Shown here piece after piece: positions 60,770-64,000 of a stretch of 64,000 bases of DNA (within the stretch, counting starts at the first letter, position 1; each line of letters begins with the position of its first letter). The position numbers were made by a program, and so were the translations under genes. Under the pieces are notes generated by a model. That model worked only from the letters and a program-made list of their open reading frames with translations, was not told the DNA's origin and ran no database searches. The stretch is taken from positions 32,001 to 96,000 of the forward strand of contig JAGTQC010000002.1 in assembly GCA_018396535.1 (NCBI GenBank), written 5' to 3'. The DNA comes from Candidatus Bathyarchaeota archaeon. Its GTDB lineage: Archaea > Thermoproteota > CALKCG01 > B24 > DRYS01.

Positions 60770-61315
60770 TACTCTAGTTAACTCAGATAGCCTTATCCTA
60801 CATGATTCGCAGAATCTGAAGCTTTTAATATCAACATCCAGTATCGAGTTGGAGAAGCTCATTACACACCTAGGGTTAGAGCAATGTTTTAATCCATACG
60901 TATGCCCTAATTCGTGTACCGCTTCCTTTAAGAGCCTCTCTGCGAGAAGATTTGAATCGGGTTCCCCTCCATAAAATTCGGGTCTCAACCTATGTAGACT
61001 TACTATAGCATAGTTTCCAGGAGATTCTGCTTGACCGAATACGAAGTTTAACCCTGAGACGTAGAGATCAAGGTCTGTTACTATTAGTATACTAGCCTTA
61101 CCACAACCTATGTTAGTTGATCTAATATTATCCAGTATGATAGTTGAATGGTACTGCTTTCTACGAGCGTTGTATGCATTCAGTGGGAGTTGTATAGGGT
61201 GGAAGAGTATAGATACGCAGGTATTGAACATTTCGCTAAGCTCATCCTTAAGTCGTGACAGTAGATCGATATTTACTTCGCCTAGAGGTATTAGTACTAT
61301 AGGCTTCATAACCAT
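60764..61315 (-). CDS. amzA: archaemetzincin
   Basis: HELGHTYGLKHC...CVMSFSN...FCESC. Confidence 0.93.
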   Translation of the reverse strand: MVMKPIVLIPLGEVNIDLLSRLKDELSEMFNTCVSILFHPIQLPLNAYNARRKQYHSTIILDNIRSTNIGCGKASILIVTDLDLYVSGLNFVFGQAESPGNYAIVSLHRLRPEFYGGEPDSNLLAERLLKEAVHELGHTYGLKHCSNPRCVMSFSNSILDVDIKSFRFCESCRIRLSELTRVS

Positions 61316-61316
61316 T

Positions 61317-62576
61317 CTAGGATACTTCGTATGTCTTTAGGATATCTGCTCTCATACATCTATACCCCTTCTCCTCTACTAAATTCTGTAGTTTAACCAT
61401 CTTATCTGGCTCTCCATGCATGAGGAATATCTGAGCATCTTTACCTATTTTCTCTATTATCCTAACTAAGCCACTATGGCCGGCATGACTGGAGAAGTCA
61501 AAGTGTTTCACTTTAGCTTTAACCTGTTTAGCCTTCCCCTTTACCATAAACTTACCTGTTTTCAGAAGAATATCTCCAGGTGTACCTGGTATCTGGTAGC
61601 TTACGAGGAATATACCGTTTTCATGTTTACCCATAAGCCTCTCCATATAGAATACAGCCATCCCACCTTTAAGCATACCTGCAGGACTTACTATCACACA
61701 GGGTTTCTTTAGTATATTTTTCCTATCCTTCCATCCGGATGGCCAGTCGGCCATCCCCCAAGCTTTCTTAAATAGTCCGCTATCCCTAAGCTTAGATGAG
61801 TGTTTCAACAATATCTCACCAGCTTTTACAGCCATCCCATCGATATAGACGGGATACTCGATATTATAGGCTGATAGTATACATAGAATTTCATGAGCTC
61901 TACCTACACTGAAAGCTGGTATCAAAACCTTACCGTTATTATCTAGTATGTTATATACATCTTCTATGAATTCCTTTTCAAGCTTAGCTCTTTCAGGATG
62001 TTCTTCTCCAGCATAAGTAGCTTCCATTATAGCTACATCTATCTTGCCATAATCTAAGTCTGCTCCCTTGAGGAGTCTTGTATCTATATCGTTAATATCC
62101 CCGGTATATAGGAGCCTTAAACCACTACTATCCTCTAGTATAACTTGTACAGATCCAGGTATATGACCTGAATTCAGGAATCTAACATTGAAATCTCCTA
62201 TTTCGAAGTCCATACCAGGCTCCATAATCCTAGCTGATGATATCATATTCTCAACTTCTATAGTTTCAAATGGGAGATAGTAACCTGATAATCTTAGGAA
62301 ATCCTTCAGTAGTAGATCGGTATACTCTAGGGTAAGTGATGAAAGGTATAGTGGTATACGTCTAGAGACGTAAAAGTATGGTGCTGCACCTGTATGATCT
62401 AGGTGAGCGTGGGTTAGTATTATTCCATCTATATCTTTTGGGGGGATATGGGCGGGAAATCCAGGTATATGATTTAAAGCTACGCCATAGTCTAGTATAA
62501 GCTTAGTACCTTCCGATTCTACTAAGATAGCTGACCTACCTACGGAGTCTGTACCACCTAGGAATGTAATCTTCAA
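61317..62576 (-). CDS. beta-CASP metallo-beta-lactamase ribonuclease (aCPSF2-like)
   Basis: THAHLDH, GHIPGS, YTGD, EATY, FSSHA. Confidence 0.88.
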   Translation of the reverse strand: MKITFLGGTDSVGRSAILVESEGTKLILDYGVALNHIPGFPAHIPPKDIDGIILTHAHLDHTGAAPYFYVSRRIPLYLSSLTLEYTDLLLKDFLRLSGYYLPFETIEVENMISSARIMEPGMDFEIGDFNVRFLNSGHIPGSVQVILEDSSGLRLLYTGDINDIDTRLLKGADLDYGKIDVAIMEATYAGEEHPERAKLEKEFIEDVYNILDNNGKVLIPAFSVGRAHEILCILSAYNIEYPVYIDGMAVKAGEILLKHSSKLRDSGLFKKAWGMADWPSGWKDRKNILKKPCVIVSPAGMLKGGMAVFYMERLMGKHENGIFLVSYQIPGTPGDILLKTGKFMVKGKAKQVKAKVKHFDFSSHAGHSGLVRIIEKIGKDAQIFLMHGEPDKMVKLQNLVEEKGYRCMRADILKTYEVS

Positions 62577-62604
62577 GGTTTAATCAAACCCACCTCACTA
62601 CTCG

Positions 62605-62907
62605 CTAGCCTCCTAAAGGCATATACCTAGGCATTACACCTATCAATAGCGATACTATAAACAGCAGCCAGGAGATTATAAGTATTACTCGAACGATCTT
62701 TCTAGCAGCTGCTACGAATTCTAATATCAGATATAACGCTGTTAACGCTACTAATAGTGTACATATATCACTATAGGTTGCCGCAGCTTCAGGAGCAGCT
62801 TTGAATACCGTACTCGATAGTATGAATCGTATGAATTCACGTAGATAATGGTATATAGTCCATAGAAAGTTTATCAGAGACTCTGGTGAGGGGGTAGGTA
62901 AAGACAT
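62605..62907 (-). CDS. hypothetical membrane protein
   Basis: 100-aa hydrophobic ORF co-oriented with neighbours. Confidence 0.6.
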   Translation of the reverse strand: MSLPTPSPESLINFLWTIYHYLREFIRFILSSTVFKAAPEAAATYSDICTLLVALTALYLILEFVAAARKIVRVILIISWLLFIVSLLIGVMPRYMPLGG

Positions 62908-62952
62908 CTCTCCAATACAATTGTAAGCTCAAGATACTTAAACTCTTCCTAT

Positions 62953-63876
62953 TCAAGTTAACCCTCCAAGCATAAATCCTATAATTCCCATTAACATTAG
63001 TATTAGAACGGTATTTTTAACCTTCAAAGCTGTCTCTCTCGATAAGCTACGTCGAAGCTCAACTATAGAGTATATGAAGCCTAAATCGACGAACGCTATG
63101 ATGGGGTAATAGTATACGGATACTAGACCTAGTATGGGTGGTATGATGCTCAAAGCTACCGCTAATATGTACAGTATAGATGCTAAATTAGATGCAGCCC
63201 TTTCTCCATATCTAACTGCTGGAGATTTCACACCGTGTGAACGATCACCTTCGATATCAGCTATACCCTTTGTAATCTCTCTACCCAAATTCGCTAGAAA
63301 GGCTATTGATGAGAATAGTATTATAAGAATGAAGCTTCCATCCACTCCTCTATTATATATGGATAGAGCTGCTAAACCACCATATACGAATGGGGCTGAG
63401 ACACATAGACTTACCATGATATTTCCTAAAAATCCAAGTCTCTTAATCCTCCATGAGTAGAGATATGATATTATAGCGAAGAATACTGCATAGAGGAAGC
63501 ATATAGGAGAAGTTAGTATAGATGATGATAGACCTAAACCTAGCAGGGTTATGGATAGTATTAAAGCTAATCTAGGTGTAACAGCTCCTGATGGTATGGG
63601 TCTATGAGGCGCGTTTATACGATCTATAGGTAGGTCGAAATAATCGTTGAGAGCCATAGACGCTCCACAGAGGGTAAACCCTGTGATATATGGAGGGATA
63701 ACATGACTAGGTATATACTCAAACCTACGTAAAACTATACATATACCTACATAAACTGCTAAACCCATCATGAAACAGTTGATCGGGCGGATAAGCCTTA
63801 TACAGCCGTATACCTTCTTCAAAGCGCTTCGAAACCTAAAAATTGAGTAGAACAATTTAAAGCTATCACCCCTCAT
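62953..63876 (-). CDS. digeranylgeranylglyceryl phosphate synthase (UbiA family)
   Basis: LIRPINC, NDYFDLPIDRINAPHRPIPSG, REITKGIADIEGD. Confidence 0.88.
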   Translation of the reverse strand: MRGDSFKLFYSIFRFRSALKKVYGCIRLIRPINCFMMGLAVYVGICIVLRRFEYIPSHVIPPYITGFTLCGASMALNDYFDLPIDRINAPHRPIPSGAVTPRLALILSITLLGLGLSSSILTSPICFLYAVFFAIISYLYSWRIKRLGFLGNIMVSLCVSAPFVYGGLAALSIYNRGVDGSFILIILFSSIAFLANLGREITKGIADIEGDRSHGVKSPAVRYGERAASNLASILYILAVALSIIPPILGLVSVYYYPIIAFVDLGFIYSIVELRRSLSRETALKVKNTVLILMLMGIIGFMLGGLT

Positions 63877-64000
63877 AAAGGACTAGTATTGAATCTAAAC
63901 ATTTATCTACAACTGGCTATCAAATCTATCATCGATGATGAGCGACCCTGTCTATGTATGTAGATGGCTTACATGCTTGAGCCAGATGACGAAGCGAGCA

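Noticed and set aside
63935-64000. ATGATGA as box C or as start of an ORF (MMSDPVYVC...)
   Set aside because: Truncated by the window edge; cannot be decided
1-64000. CRISPR arrays, IS elements, integrases, inteins, rRNA
   Set aside because: None seen; AtpA and PolB have normal lengths and no tRNA-end duplication was noticed

Overview
Gene-dense archaeal chromosomal segment. A TACK-type host (Bathyarchaeia-like or a relative) is inferred from PolB3, Smc-ScpAB, eS8/eL24/L7Ae, a DGGGP synthase and UxaE; the taxon is not proven. The window holds the end of a complex I-like operon (nuoL-M), a split and convergent A-type ATP synthase cluster with two subunit-a paralogs, three tRNAs, a Liv-type ABC transporter, PolB3, Smc-ScpA-ScpB, ribosomal protein genes, a small Fe-S/sulfur island, sugar-acid genes and a large S8 protease. 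Top finding, absent from the ORF track: aIF-5A (16882-17309) is interrupted by a 35-nt bulge-helix-bulge (tRNA-type) intron that splits the hypusine lysine codon, i.e. a putative archaeal mRNA intron outside cbf5. Other highlights: a hinge-less Smc5/6-like + Nse4-like + MAGE/Nse1/3-like operon, a PolB3 with degenerate proofreading motifs, a 27-aa duplication in the NuoL lateral helix suggesting an extra antiporter subunit, and a GTTTA-N5-TAAAC operator recurring around a Cys-tailed Lrp regulator. All calls are from reading the sequence; no searches were run.
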